Shown one piece after another: positions 13,799-26,902 of a stretch of DNA of 64,000 nt. Every line of letters begins with the position of its first letter. Position 1 is the stretch's first letter. The position numbers were made by a program, and so were the translations under genes. Source of the stretch: Balanoglossus misakiensis (taxonomy: Eukaryota; Animalia; Hemichordata); contig CM082598.2 of NCBI GenBank assembly GCA_040954595.2, positions 6,277,097 to 6,341,096 of the forward strand. Reading direction: 5' to 3'. Under the pieces are notes generated by a model, which had not been told where the DNA came from, did no database searches, and saw nothing but the letters and a program-made list of their open reading frames with translations.

Positions 13799-13966
13799 GG
13801 AATTCTTCGGAATGGTACCTGTGATCATTTTCGCGCACCGACACACTGTACGCGGCAGATATGCAGAAAATATTAACACGTAACTCGCAGGCATAATGTT
13901 AAATCTAAACGACTGTATGTTAGGTTAGCTTCAACTCCCCACCCTATCGAAATTCCACATTTAGCT
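13799..13966 (+). repeat. Dispersed repeat, copy 2, truncated by an LTR
   Basis: Similarity to 5905-6030 stops at ATTTAGCTT, exactly where the LTR terminus TGCTGTGA begins. Confidence 0.7.
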
Positions 13967-14445
13967 TGCTGTGAGGTTTTGGGGTAGTACCGATTGGGAA
14001 ACTTCAAGGTTCATTCACTGTATCAAATATTGGATTTGTCACACTGTGTCTGGGGTGGGTAAAACATGGAGAAATGTTGTCAGTAAACTTTAACCAGGCA
14101 GGTCACATGAAAGGAAGATTTTATCGTTTGAGTTCGATGACATACATGATAAGATTTGTCACTTTTGACACCTTTTTGCAATTTGACTTAGACGCAGATG
14201 TATCTTTTCATTTGGACACTGTTATGTTTACTGACTCGGTGAGATCCGGTAACGTTTTGTGTAACTCGTTTAATGAGAATCTTCAACTGGAACACGAACA
14301 CAACAACTGTACGTTCTGCTAGTACAAGATGGCAGCCATGAACGCAGGGAAAAAACATGACCTTACAATGTCATATAAACTCTGCTAGAGGGCGCTCTAT
14401 CAAAGCATGTGGTATGCTATAGTGGGTTACAGGCATATCATAACA
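13967..14445 (-). repeat. 3' LTR (~479 bp) of a minus-strand Ty3/gypsy element
   Basis: On the minus strand, polypurine tract AAGGAGGGGGA (14446-14456) is followed by TGTTATGA. The far end reads TCACAGCA, an imperfect inverted terminus. Confidence 0.7.
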
Positions 14446-14689
14446 TCCCCCTCCTTAAGCTGGATAGCAAACTTGTGAAAAGTGTATCGCGATAAATGTT
14501 CAGACACAGAGTCCATAATGTTCTATCAACTGAGAGTTCCTATCAGTCTATGAATTCATGCAAACAGTGTTCATTGTAATGTTCAAATAACGCTAAAGTT
14601 TTGACACTGGGAATAACACCAACACTGTGAAATGTACTGCAAGTTTTTCAGCTTTGAAAAATGTTTTAACAAGAATGTAACATCAACAA

Positions 14690-15135
14690 CTAATGGTCTC
14701 TGGTGATTCCCGAGAGTACAAAATCATCGAATTTGCTCGGTAGTTTACTGTTCCGCTTTGGGCGATCCACAGAACACGGAGCAAGTGTTTCTTGAGCGGT
14801 GTCTGCCGTGAGTGCACATCTGACATCTGGCTGGCGATCACCTGTTTCATCAGTTGCAGTGTGGCTGGATGCTGCATTGTGGTGCGGTTGGTGCGTGGGC
14901 TTTACATGAACTAAATCACGCTGATATTGAACTCCCTCCGGGGTCCGGATGGTGTATCTGCGATCAGACGACTTGTCAATCACCACAGCTGGTTGCCAGG
15001 TTGACTTTGGTGTCTTCTGAAATCTGCATGGGGAGCCAATATGGAGTGGCATTTTTTTCAGCATGTCCTCCATTTGAGTTTGCTCGCTGCTCGATTCTGT
15101 CTCTGTAGACATCTGAGGCTGGTTGATGCAATAAG
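14690..15135 (-). pseudogene. pol: Ty3/gypsy integrase C-terminal fragment
   Basis: WQPAVVIDKSSDRRYTIRTPEGVQYQRDLVHVKP...RPKRNSKLPSKFDDFV is a typical gypsy integrase tail, located upstream of the PPT/LTR. Confidence 0.8.
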
Positions 15136-15139
15136 CACC

Positions 15140-15480
15140 GAAATAATATGCCAATGTTTGACACCCATTTTTCAGCTCGATTTGCATTTTGACTGTCCAC
15201 CGAAGGGTCGGGAACTTTTATAAAACCTTTAGCCGTGTTTTTGCCAACTCTGTTTTTGCTCCCACTTGCGAGGCAGCCAGCCATGTCAACTGTCTGTGTA
15301 CGTTAGCGTGCGCACGGTGGCGTCTGCTACTGGTGACTAGTCTGTGACGTCACACTGCATATCGAGATCGACGCTACGCTGCTGCGCGATAAGTGAAAGT
15401 GAATAAAAACGACGCAAATCACTCATGTTTTTCACAAAGATTTTATTAGAATCTCTCTACAAGGAAGGTGTCGGTTCACT
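15140..15480 (-). mobile_element. 5' end of a Kolobok-like DNA transposon with a THAP-domain start
   Basis: Begins at a TTAA (15481-15484) inside the RT frame, with terminus AGTGAACC on the minus strand. ATG at 15284 gives MAGCLASGSKN...FIKVP...RAEKWVSNI, a degenerate THAP pattern (C-x4-C..F..P..R..W). The other end is missing. Confidence 0.55.
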
Positions 15481-16456
15481 TTAACTCTGTCTTTGTTAAA
15501 CTGACATTTCTCGCCGTTTAGCTTGACATTGTTCTGTCTGCAGGCTTTCATGATATTTTGTATGGCTATGTCATGCTGTTGTCTGGATTCGGCAGCAATG
15601 AGGATGTCATCCTTTATGCAGTATTCATTGCTGACCTTCTGGAAAATCCGATCCAGCTCAATCTGGAATACGTCTTGGGCTGAGATGAGTCCAAACGGTA
15701 GGCGTGTGAAGCAATATCTGCCGTAGATAGTGCTGAATGTGGTGAGGAGTTGCGATTCCTCATTAAGTGGGATATTCCAATATCCGCTTCTGAGATCAAG
15801 TGTTGAGAAGTACTTTGCGTTCTTCAGCTCTGGAAGAATGTCATCAAGAGTTTTCGCGTAGTAGTGTGGACGTTTGATGAACTTGTTAAGTTCGCGTGGG
15901 TCCAGGCATATGCGTAGGGATCCGTCAGCCTTTGTGACAAGTACAATGTTGTTGACCCATTCAGTCGGTTCCTGTACTTCCTTGATGACGCCGATTTCAA
16001 TCAGACGGTCAAGTTCTTGTCTGAGAGGGGTTTTCAGTGCGTCGGGTGTTCTCCTTGTTGCGTTAACTGTGGGCACTGCTCCATCAGACAGCTGGATTTT
16101 GTGTTCATTTTGGATTTTGCCAACACCTTCGAACACATCAGCGTTGTCATTGATGAAATGTTCCTTGCTGGTGTACGATGCGATTTCTTCCACATCGAAT
16201 TTCTCAAAGCAGCTGTGCCTATCACAGGGAAATTTCACAAGTCCTAGCTTGGCGCATAAGCTGAGGCCGATTAGGTTGTTCCCCTGTTCTGAGATGAAGA
16301 ACACGACGTTAAGTAGACGGGCGTTTTGATGCTCAATGACCGGGACAGTTAATTTCCCATGGTTTGGGAAACGTTTGCCTCCATATCCGCTAAGACGCAT
16401 ATCAGTTGTGTCTGGATTGTGGTTTGGGCCAAACAGTGTTCGGTATGTGGTATAGT
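15481..16456 (-). pseudogene. pol: Ty3/gypsy reverse transcriptase fragment
   Basis: PTEWVNNIVLVTKADGSLRICLDPRELN, FSTLDLRSGYW, RLPFGL, CIKDDIL, LNGEKCQF. Truncated at both ends. Confidence 0.92.
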
Positions 16457-18371
16457 CATGCGTTTTCTTATCTTTCTTTCTTCTTCCTTTCTCTCTCTCT
16501 CCTTTTTTATTCTCTCTCGAGTCTTTTCTTAGCTACGGTTTCTTCTCGCTGCTTCTTTTGCTCGCTTTTTTGACGCAAACTGTCTTGCCTTCCTTTGATT
16601 TCACGGAGATGTTTTAGATGTTCTTCCTGGTAGACCTTTTTGGCACTCGGACCATTTAAGAAGTTTCGAGGATGCTGAACAACACTTTTTGCTCCAGGCT
16701 TTTTCTTTCTCTTCCCAATTTCCGGATAAGAGAGCACTTAATCTAGGACTGGAGATACTTTATTACATGGTGGTGTTGTGCCTGTAATTTTCCTGTAACT
16801 TGAGGTGACTGGTGTACAGTCAGATGATGGAGCTGCTTTGCTTGCAACTGATTGGTTTGATGTGACACTGGTGTTGCTTGTGGCAGAGGAATCTGTTGCT
16901 GTGTTGGACTGTGCAGACACACCTTTGTCGTTGTCAGATGTGTGTGAAAACGTAGCAGCCCCACTTTCAATACTATGTGCTTGATATGCTTTTTTCCAGA
17001 TTCGGAATGATGGACTGCCAGGCAAGTCGTAGCCCTCTTCAATTCGTTTTCGGTAGTTTTCCTTCTCAGGTGTAGTCATTACCTCTTCAATCATTTTCCA
17101 AGAGACTGTTGATGGTGTTCTTCAGTGCTGCCTGTGTCTCCATCTGGCTTTCCTCAACATCTGTATCGGCCGTGCAATCTTGAAAAGTAGTTGAAGGGAG
17201 CAGCATATCACTTGGAATGTTTGAGCGATTGATTGGATATAACCCTGATCTGAGAAAACTGTTGGTTATATTCATCATCGTTGCACCACGTTGCCATGCA
17301 GATCTGAACACCCTGGCAAAAGTCTTTTTGGTGACCTCTTCGCCAGGATTTTCCGCGATGTATTCCCTGACTGCGGTGACCCATACAGCTTTCAAGGGAC
17401 AAAAGAGAGAGACATCACACAGTTGCAGGAAAATGTGATGCGTTCGGCAAAAGTCGGTATAGCAAGATGTTGTGCTCTTTTGCAAGCTTGAATATTTCGA
17501 AATCCAAATGAGAGATGTGGCGGTCAAAATATAGCACTACAGGCCTTGTCGCCGTTAAGTTTGGAATAAAATGGTTTGCAAGCCATGCATAAAACGCCTC
17601 AGTTTCCATCCAGCCAGTTTCTGTGAAATAGCAGCTGGCTCCTTCAACTCCTCCCGACAACGGATTCCATGATCGTGGAACAGTCTTCAATGGAAACACG
17701 TGGTAAGGTGGAATTGACCCACCAGCAGCGTTGATACAGGCCAAGACAGTTATTTGAGTCTTGCTGTTTGCTGTAATTGGGGAAGGGCACCACTTCTGTT
17801 TCTTGCTGGTCCAAGCACTTTACCAGTCTTTACTTGCATACAGAAACCAGATTCATTCCAATTCCAGATCTGAGCTGGCTTGTCGAGCAAATCATGATCC
17901 GAAATAAACTTCTCACACTCTCCAAAACACTCAGCCACCTCCCTCTGGGTCACCTTGGCACATTTCAAATCCAGGTTTCTGGTACTTACAAGTTTCATCA
18001 ATGGATTTCTCCTCAGGAAGGACCTGTACCATCGATCATCGGGGAGATTTGGAGGTTCTTTATTTTTCAGAATGGTGTCTCTTTTGTCCTTGTCCAGAAT
18101 AGCTTTCACAGTCTGGAATAATCTATTTTTACTGACACCAAATCCTCCTTGACCCATACTGATGATCCATTCTGCTAGTTTCTTTTCCTCTGCCGTGGTA
18201 AGTATTTGTGGTGGCCCTTTACGTCTATCAATGTAAACTTTTCCAGTGACTCTGTCACTCAGTGTTGACCACTTTACTCCCCACTTTGCAGCTGCTTTTC
18301 TCAGTGACATGTTGTACTCAACAATATCTGTCACAGCTCCCGTAAACACCTTTTCTCTTTCCATGACTTCA
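16457..18371 (-). pseudogene. Decayed pogo/Tigger-family transposase (psq-like HTH, CENP-B HTH, DDE_1)
   Basis: MSLRKAAAKWGVKWSTLSDRV, ILTTAEEKKLAEWI..GFG, IWNWNESG, VLYFDRHISH, LPNASH..QLCDVSLFCPLK, spread over several frames with stops. Has a Ser/Thr-rich, then Lys/Glu-rich, tail. Confidence 0.88.
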
Positions 18372-21300
18372 CTAAACAAACAAAAACAATACATAAAAAA
18401 TTACACTTCTGCTAATAAATAACTTCACATTACTCTACTTGATTTTTTTAAATATCCAGATTGTTTACTTGTACTGTAAATAACCTGTTGAAGTTATAAC
18501 ATTTTGATGGTTTAAAATGTAATCATTCCACTTTTTTCAAGAGATGGCTTAACAAAGGCAATAACAAAATGTGTTTCCTGTAACCCAAACTTCAGAAATC
18601 GGGTATCCACAGTTTAGGTCAGAAAATAAAGTTTTCTTGTTCTTTTTTAACCCAAATTGCGTTCCGTAGCCCTGTGGCCATAGGGCTACTCATCAAATTT
18701 ATAAGGGAGACGGCAATGTATAAAATCTCTGAAGCCTACATTCACGTAAGTCTTGTCACGCCCACATTAGTCTGGATGAAATATTTGGGTCATGCATGTT
18801 CTGTCACTATTATTGACCAAGCACTGCATGCTCAGGTGCAGAGAGGAACATTATTGAAATGGTGAGCATATTATCAGGAATGCTTGGAGTCATGCAGTTG
18901 CAATGTGTTTTCTTGTTTTATTCTGATATAAAACTCATCTATATTTTATTTTTAAACAGTGTCGGGACACCCACTACGTGGAAAGCTTTAACAACTGTGC
19001 ATTACAATACCAAGACAAAAGAGTGGTATATGGAGACAGCAATTATGAAATAGGGGCAGATTCGGCATGCCTAGACTGGGTAAGTACTAGTATTGGATGT
19101 TTCCCCACCGCCACAGATATCAATAGACAAAAACAAAGAAACGTGTATTAATTTACCAAATAATGAAGTCACATCAATGGAATGGTGTTGCCACATGTGA
19201 ATTAAAAGTACTAACCAAGTGAAGCATCGAAACTTTTGAAGGTTTATACACGTACAGGCATATAAAAAACGTTTATCTATCTAGAGAATGAAAACGTGGA
19301 CCGACAATACACATCAGAAACGTTAGTGAGGACAAATAGATGCCGAAGAAGAGAGATCAGAAAAAAAGTGCTGAAAAGGAAAAAGTTCGCGTGGAGGAAC
19401 GATCTGTGGGAACGGGAAATGATCAAAATGTTTGATATTAACATGTAACAAAACGGAAAATGTAAATATTTGTACCATAATGCAATTTTATTGATGGAAA
19501 TTAAACATAGCGTGAATATAACACGAAGACTTGTCGTATTTTCTAATGAATATCACTAGAGAACAGTGTATTTAGTATATTTACCAACCACTGATTACAG
19601 CAACAGTTCGTCATGCTGCAAAACTTCGGGCGAGTTGTGTTTTACATAACTCGTTCGAAATTACTAGTGCCTGCAGGTGTGGCGTTTTTCACTTAGGACT
19701 GTTGGAATTTGCCTAAATATCGCTAAATCTGGCTGTGTTTTTTAACCCAGTGGCCCATGGGGTTCATTCATGTATTTAAACTCTCTTGATCCCTCTCGTA
19801 CACCCCCTACGCCTAGTCTCATCCAGCGAGCGGAAAAACCGTGTCGTATTCTACGATCGCAATGGTTTGACGTCAGATCTAATGTTGATATTGAAGTCTT
19901 CTGGGTAAAATCAGCAATATTAGCGCCAAATTTCAGAATTCATGTGCGACGCGCTGCAATAAAAAAAGTTCAGAGTGCGTATGTCCATGTTCTCTTTTAC
20001 TGTGCACTTTACGGTCGGTAGGATTTTAGTCACTTTCATTAGGATTTCGCCGACGTTAAGGTGTGCCCGAGCCAAACCGAGCCAACCCCACGATTTCGGG
20101 GTTCATTTATATGTAAAGCTCTCCGAAAGGTGTGAATCGGGTAAATATGTAGTGGTTCATAACAGTTTTCAATATGCATAAGCAGTCTCTCCACAGATCA
20201 GCAGTATTCGAACATGGGGGTCATGATTCTACAGAATCAACGACTATTCCTAACCTATCTTTGGATTTTCTTGACTCTTTTGGAGTATTCACCCGAATAC
20301 ATTTATTCAGAGAGTAAAATAAACGAATGCGTCTTGCAATCACGTGATAAAAATGCGCCCTCTGTCGTATCGTCATTTGTGCAGACGAGCCTACCTTTCA
20401 GTCTCCGTGGCAATGACCGAGGATGATTGTGTTATAGCAGAGATTACTAAATCTTTTCATAGGATGGTGTTCTAGCGAGATATAAGTAGTAAACACCACG
20501 CTGTGATGGTATGGAACCGTACACATTACAGAACAACCCGCTACCTTGCTAAGCTTACAGACCCGAAAAAAATCGCGCAATCACTGCTAACATGTGCTTC
20601 AGTAGAATACACCTACTGTCCCAGTGTGACATTTGCAGACAGTTGTATCTTTCCGATGAATTATTCAGCATGTATGCCATAAAACGTTCATAAACAATTA
20701 TATAGAAAATTATATTATTTTATATATTCGTTTCTGAAGCAATTTCAACGTGGTAAAGGTGATAATCTCGCAGTCACTGGTCCCCGATGTCACCGCGTAT
20801 TCTAGGAGTAGGTGTCGATGTAAACGGACAGACTGTCACGGGAAGTCTGATATAACGTCAGACGGGAATCTATGAATTTCTGTCTATGTGTGGCTTGATA
20901 TCATTGTATCACTATTACTACATGTAGATTATATTGTAAGAGTTTGGTGTTTAGTTAGCCGAAAGAGAGTACCATTGATTGTCTAAAATATTATGGTGTT
21001 TTTCCGTATGTGCCTGGGTGACAAATTTTCATGCACTGATGAATTCGCGTGTCACATTGCATGGGTTCGTATTGAAATTTGTCATCCATAATTTGAACAG
21101 GTACGGAGACAATATCCACGATTGGCCCCTTTTAGTTCACGTCAAGTTTTTGTACGATTGCTAGTCGATTGAATCTCAGTACAATCCCAACTATGCGATA
21201 ACTTATCAGGGCATGTAGTAGTGCTTATCAACTAAAATGACGGACAAGTACCCGGATGTGAACGCCATGACGTCATTTGCCACCCACATATCCAAGGCGA

Positions 21301-24300
21301 CAAAACGGGTTTGTCATCCTGCCTAACATGGTGTTCGTGTCCCGATTAACCAAATTTTATATTGTTCGCCACTTTTGTTGATCGTCATGGGCTGACCCCT
21401 AAGAACATTATTCTGGACAGCTGCATGTTGGCCTCAAACTATAACAGCACACCCAGAGTTGTGCTCACTCATCGACTCTAGAGTAACATTAAGTCTTCGT
21501 TGGGTGCATATGAACATTTGAAAGGCAAACGATAACAACGTGAATGAAAGCTCCGCAGAAATTAACATAATTTTCTAATCTGTCATCTTCGAAATAGTCA
21601 TAATCGGTAGTTGTGTTTATTATTAGTGAACAGGCTACCGGAAACATTGTCGTCGTTCGACAACAGCACGCCACCCAGACGGACAATACTGCTAAACAGC
21701 TGTCAGTAATGACGAGACACAATATACTATCACCTCCTCGAAAGAGATATAATCAGTAACTCCCCGTATCATTTTGAACAGCATGTATGCTGTTTACTGT
21801 GGTAAAGCGACTAAACGATATTGAAGTGAATAATAAAACGAAGGAAGGCCATGTAGTTATTTTCAAATTTTGGAAATGCCCTTTTTAATCTTTCGGACGA
21901 AATCACATAAAATATCCAAAGCACTAATAACGTTTGGCTGATGTAGAAACATTGGTATGTATGAGTCATCGTACAACGTCACATATACCATGTTATTATA
22001 CACCTACTGCTGTAACCTATGGAGTTCCGTAATACAATAATTCGCTGTATCACCGTACAATAATTATTCAAATGAGGACGCGGAGTCCAATAACACCAGG
22101 GTTATTGGACGCATTGTGACTTTGACCTCACAGGACTGGTGATCAATGTAAACAATGATGATATTAACCCTACTCTGACAAAAAATTATATAAAAAGTAC
22201 ACAGCCGTTATTTAACAAAATTATTGGTGACCCAAGATGCGAAATAAGTCAAAATCCACGCTGAAATTTCAGTCGAAGGAATCTGTGAACGAACAGGCGA
22301 GCGCGTTCATTTCAAGTTCCAGAACGAGCGCAAGCAGCGTAGAACGTCGCGCGCGAGACAGGCAGGTCGACACTAGCATCACCTGATGCGCGAGGTGAAG
22401 GCGCGTTCGATATGCAAATTACATCATGGCGGCGTCTGAAAACTAGAAAGTCCGATAGCGGCCAATTTATTCTTTGTCGTTAATGAAGAACGTTAATGAA
22501 GAATTGTCCTCGACGCTGCGCGTCTCGGACAATACTTGCGCTGCACGATGTACTCGGACATAAATCCCGGTATTTTGTGAATAACCTTATATAGTCCGAC
22601 ATGCACATGACACGAACAAGGCGATGTGCGATTGACGGAAAACTCCCTAATGATAAGTTGACGTTATTGACGTTTTATGCGAAAAAGACAGGTTATTCTG
22701 TGTGTCATGTCTTTTCTTTGACGGCACGCCTCGCATTGTGTGATGCGTGCTGTGCACCATTAAAGGTGTCATTCATTACAGTGTGTGAAAAGCATACCCA
22801 TCTCAGGTTTGTCCACCTTTTGTTGTTTTATGCTTTACCAGGGTACCAGTGACAAACTTAAGCAAGTAGAATATGCTACCACAAAACCCTTTTCGCACAT
22901 ATGAGTTTGGTATTGTGTTTCCGATCATCGGTAACACCTGTTAGATCGTGTGTAAAATCGAAGCAACTATTTTGGACAATGGCGTTTTGGGTCAGGGAGA
23001 AGTGTGATTTCAAAGCCGGTTATAATCAGAAAATGACCTCTTCTCAGTGTGTCTACTAAATTAATTAGGCGAAAAGACCCAGAAATGTGTGGCGGGGAGA
23101 AATTAAGCCTCTATTGGCTTGGCCTACAATACACCGCTCGGGTGTTGGCCATGTCTTAGTATCAAATATTGGGGAGCTGCAGGCAAATATCCGTGATCAC
23201 AGTCCCATGTGTTATAGGGACTGTGCCATGACTAGTCGATAATTTTCTAGCATGGCGTCTTATTGTTATAACTAGTAACCGTGTTCACACCTGCCCGTGT
23301 TCTTCAATAACCCATGGTCGCTCCACACAGACCGTGAATACTAGTAACCACAAGACTTTTGACAACAGTGCTTGCATATGTTCAGAAGGTCTGTACTTAA
23401 GTATCATACCCACGGGGGAACCTGACAAACGGAAATGGTTTTCATTGACTGATGTCGAGTCGTGTTGAGAACAACAAGTAAGTTACTGGGTGCACTCACT
23501 GGTAGAGAGCACCAGTTAATTGTGGTATAAGAATCAGTCGACTTCACAAACCTGTACGTCGTGAAGATGAAATATTGCAAGCGAAAGAAGATGGCAGAAG
23601 TAATTTTCAAGCTCATCATAGTTGTGTCAGAAGTTATGCTATGTTTGGACGGTCAACAGATTCAAGGTATGACAGAGCTTTAATGATATCTCTCAATAGG
23701 TAGTCATATCATCTTGTTCATGGTGGTAATAACTTATTTCCAGCATTTCATAATTACTCACACTTTCTTTCTTACTTTTTTTGACGCGAACACACAACCT
23801 CGCAGAAAAGCGTGAACTGGTCACGGTATCATCTCAACCAGCTGTTTATCGACTCGCGTATCTCATATATTCCACTCCGCTTAGAAATCAAGAAAATAAA
23901 TACACAATCAAGGAAACAGGAAAAATATTACTGCATGCTTGATTGGAAAAGAAACAAAATCGTATTATTGATTGCATAATTGCCGCATTGAACATAAAAG
24001 CGTGGTATTAAACATGTCACGTTTTGAACTGAGTCAACAGAATTTTTAGAAAATATCAGCGACTGCGTTTAAAAAAAGTCCGATTGCCGGTTCTTGAGTT
24101 CTCATTATCTAGCTAACATTGTGCTTGAAACTATGATGCAAGGAGATTATACCTGTTGCAAGGAAGTTGAGATGATCGGGGTTAAAATGCCGTGTGAACG
24201 CGTAGGCCCATAATTCCGCATGAAAAACTCTGTCCTCCGTCCCTGAGGGACGATGCTTTGTCCCATGTTCGTGTGATTCAATTCAATGCAATGTACTGAC

Positions 24301-24539
24301 GCATGTATAATCTTTTTTTTAATGGTGCACAGACGCCTCAGCACTGAACAAGGCTACCTACATGCATGTTTCGGCTCCACGGTTACATTTCAACAAGATG
24401 TACATTCACGCTGTACGATAATGAATGGAGGTGATTTGAAATTGATGACGGATATTCTGCCGACAACGATTTTTCCAAGTGTCGAAGATAACAACATTTT
24501 GAACGTCCTGATTTCAACCTCGCAGGGGCACTACCACGC

Positions 24540-26902
24540 ATCTTAACAAGCCAGCTGCGACATACTACTTACGCTTATCGAAGTGTTAACAACAAGATTC
24601 TCCAGAAATACGGCAAACGTGTGGACCGCATAATTCAATTGCGTAAAGATAAACTCGAAAGACACTTGACAGGACTCTTAAACCGAATAAACAGACATTT
24701 ATTACGCGAGGCTTTCAAAGTTCAAGGCACCAATAAGCAGCGAGATATAAAGGTCAGCACGGGAAGAATATCCGATGAGAAGATTCGAGATTTTGACGAA
24801 AAATTACAAGTCATTCACCGAAGGTTGACAGCAATATCATTCACCAGAATTCACGAGAAGGTTTAGTGAATTTTTGCAAAGACTTGTCAAACAAATACTC
24901 TTGTGCTCCTGATTCACTGATTGATCTGCTGTACTTCACTGTCTACAAACTTTAACAATGCATTATCAAAATGCAACAAGGGACCACTTTTCAGCATATT
25001 ATATGATTCTTTCTCGGTACGTGATTCGGTTACCTCAAGAAAATGTCTACTTGAAACCAGAGAGGCACCGTGGGACTGGCTCGTTACCAACTGCAACCAC
25101 GGGTTTTCACCGAAATATCGTGGTGATGCTGTGTTAGGGGATGCGCTCTACGGTTTGACACATACAGAAGAAGAACGTAAATTATTGTGCTTATCTTTCA
25201 CTACAACCACGCACTGTGATTCTTGTAATTACCGGAGGCAAAGAGATGTCAATCTACTACCAGTCGTTGTCGGTCATGCCGTCAATTCATCAAATAAAAC
25301 CGTCGGTCACCTAGTCACGGAAACACTTGGCGAACTGGCCATGCGATCTGAAAATAGACTCTGTCCTAGATGTAAAGGCTGTTCATTGACACCAAAAACA
25401 GATCACGTCCATGTTCCAGAGTTCCTTTTCGTGGAATTGCCCTTCGAAAATGACGTCAATGTCGCCAATATTTTGGTCGAAGAAAGCCTGTTACTATTTG
25501 AAGCTGAATTCGAGCTTGTTGGAGCAATCAGGGCAAAACCAAGACACTTCACGACAATAATAAAATACGAAGACAACTATTTTGAACTGGATGATTTGAA
25601 TGAATGCGGCAACAAACCAATCCACGGGAGTAATTTCAGTAACTTGATGCGTAAAATAACAGCCGGCACATCGCAAGAGACTGTATCTAATGTTTCAACT
25701 CAATATAGGACAGAACCTGGTAGCTTTCTACATGTCTTGCTTTTCAAGAGAAATTCAACACAACCATTGTCAAACAAATTTTAACAGCCGTCTGGACCGA
25801 GTATTCACGGTAAATTTGTATCACAGACGGACAATGTAGACTCAAACCCAGCAAAGTCGACATGGCCATTGACAGGGAACGCAAGTGAACGTTCACTCCA
25901 AGCAAAGACGGCAAGTTCTTCGACACAAACCAGGACAGATCCGTCATTAGCTAATGCTGTCAGCTCGGTACCAGTGAATTCAACGTGTTCATCAACCAAG
26001 ACAGATTCACTGTTAGTGGAGACAACCGGTCTTACTCCGAATAATTTAATGCGTTCATCGCAAGTGACAATGACAAATTTATCGAGATACCGACAAATAT
26101 GCCACCGGATTTCGACATATGGAACAAGCTCCGATCCAATCCAAAGGCGTGTGGCAGTAAAGTTTGAAGATTATGTTAAACGGAATGTCGCTGCAACAAA
26201 AATCCAAACACTCGTCCGTTGCTTTTTAGCAAGAAAACGCAGAAATCATCGCCAAATAATAGACAACGTTCTCTCCACCAAGGACAAGTATGATCAATTA
26301 TTTTCCAGATTTCATTTTTTCCTTTACGGAAGGATACCGTCAAGCGTTAAAATAAGGAAAGAAGAGTTTGCAGGACTGATTAAAGAACATGGTGGCCAGG
26401 TCGTAGAGAAATTACCAGCAAAGGGTGTAAACATGAAAGTTGTGATCTTGACTACGCAGTCTGACATAGATAAAGATCCACCAGGAGATGTCATTTGTTC
26501 AGCATACAGGAGAGACTGTAACCTTTTCCGTCACGAATTTGTAGTAGAATCAGTTCAAAATGCAAAGATTCAGGACTGTGATGCCTACAAACTGAACACC
26601 GATAAACTGGCTGCATCCCCACTTACAAGTGTTGTCAGTGTAAAGGAACTAACTCCAGAACAACTCCACTTTGGGTATGTATTGATGTCACTGTGTCGTG
26701 AAATTGTAATTGTACTGACGTAAACTTAACAGATAAATACAAAATTTGTCCTGCTTAAAATTTACTTATCTTCGTTTATCTTATAGAAAACAGATCTCCG
26801 GGATAACGCGAATAAGAAAAACACTACTTTTGAAGACAAAGAGAAAATTGTACGACATTGAAGAGACTGTGACTGATTCGGACAGCTGTAGAGATTATGA
26901 AG
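24540..26902 (+). pseudogene. Gene A: USP/peptidase-C19-like protease + Ser/Thr linker + IQ motif + BRCT domain (frameshifted)
   Basis: Off-frame Cys box GLVNFCKDLSNKYSCAPDS (24860-24916). ORF 24921-25784 has CxxC pairs CDSC and CPRC, His box HFTTIIK and ELDDL. A single TAA at 25782 is followed by in-frame continuation into AATKIQTLVRCFLARKR (IQ) and FSRFHFFLYG..LIKEHGGQVV..EFVVESV (BRCT). Probable GT-AG intron at ~26675-26786. Confidence 0.65.

Noticed and set aside
19816-20394. Academ-like TAG...CTA miniature element
   Set aside because: The inverted match is weak (TAGTCTCATC vs TAGGCTCGTC) and there is no matching TSD.
18674-23619. Short ORFs of 60-85 aa
   Set aside because: No recognisable motifs or coherent exon chain; lengths are as expected by chance.
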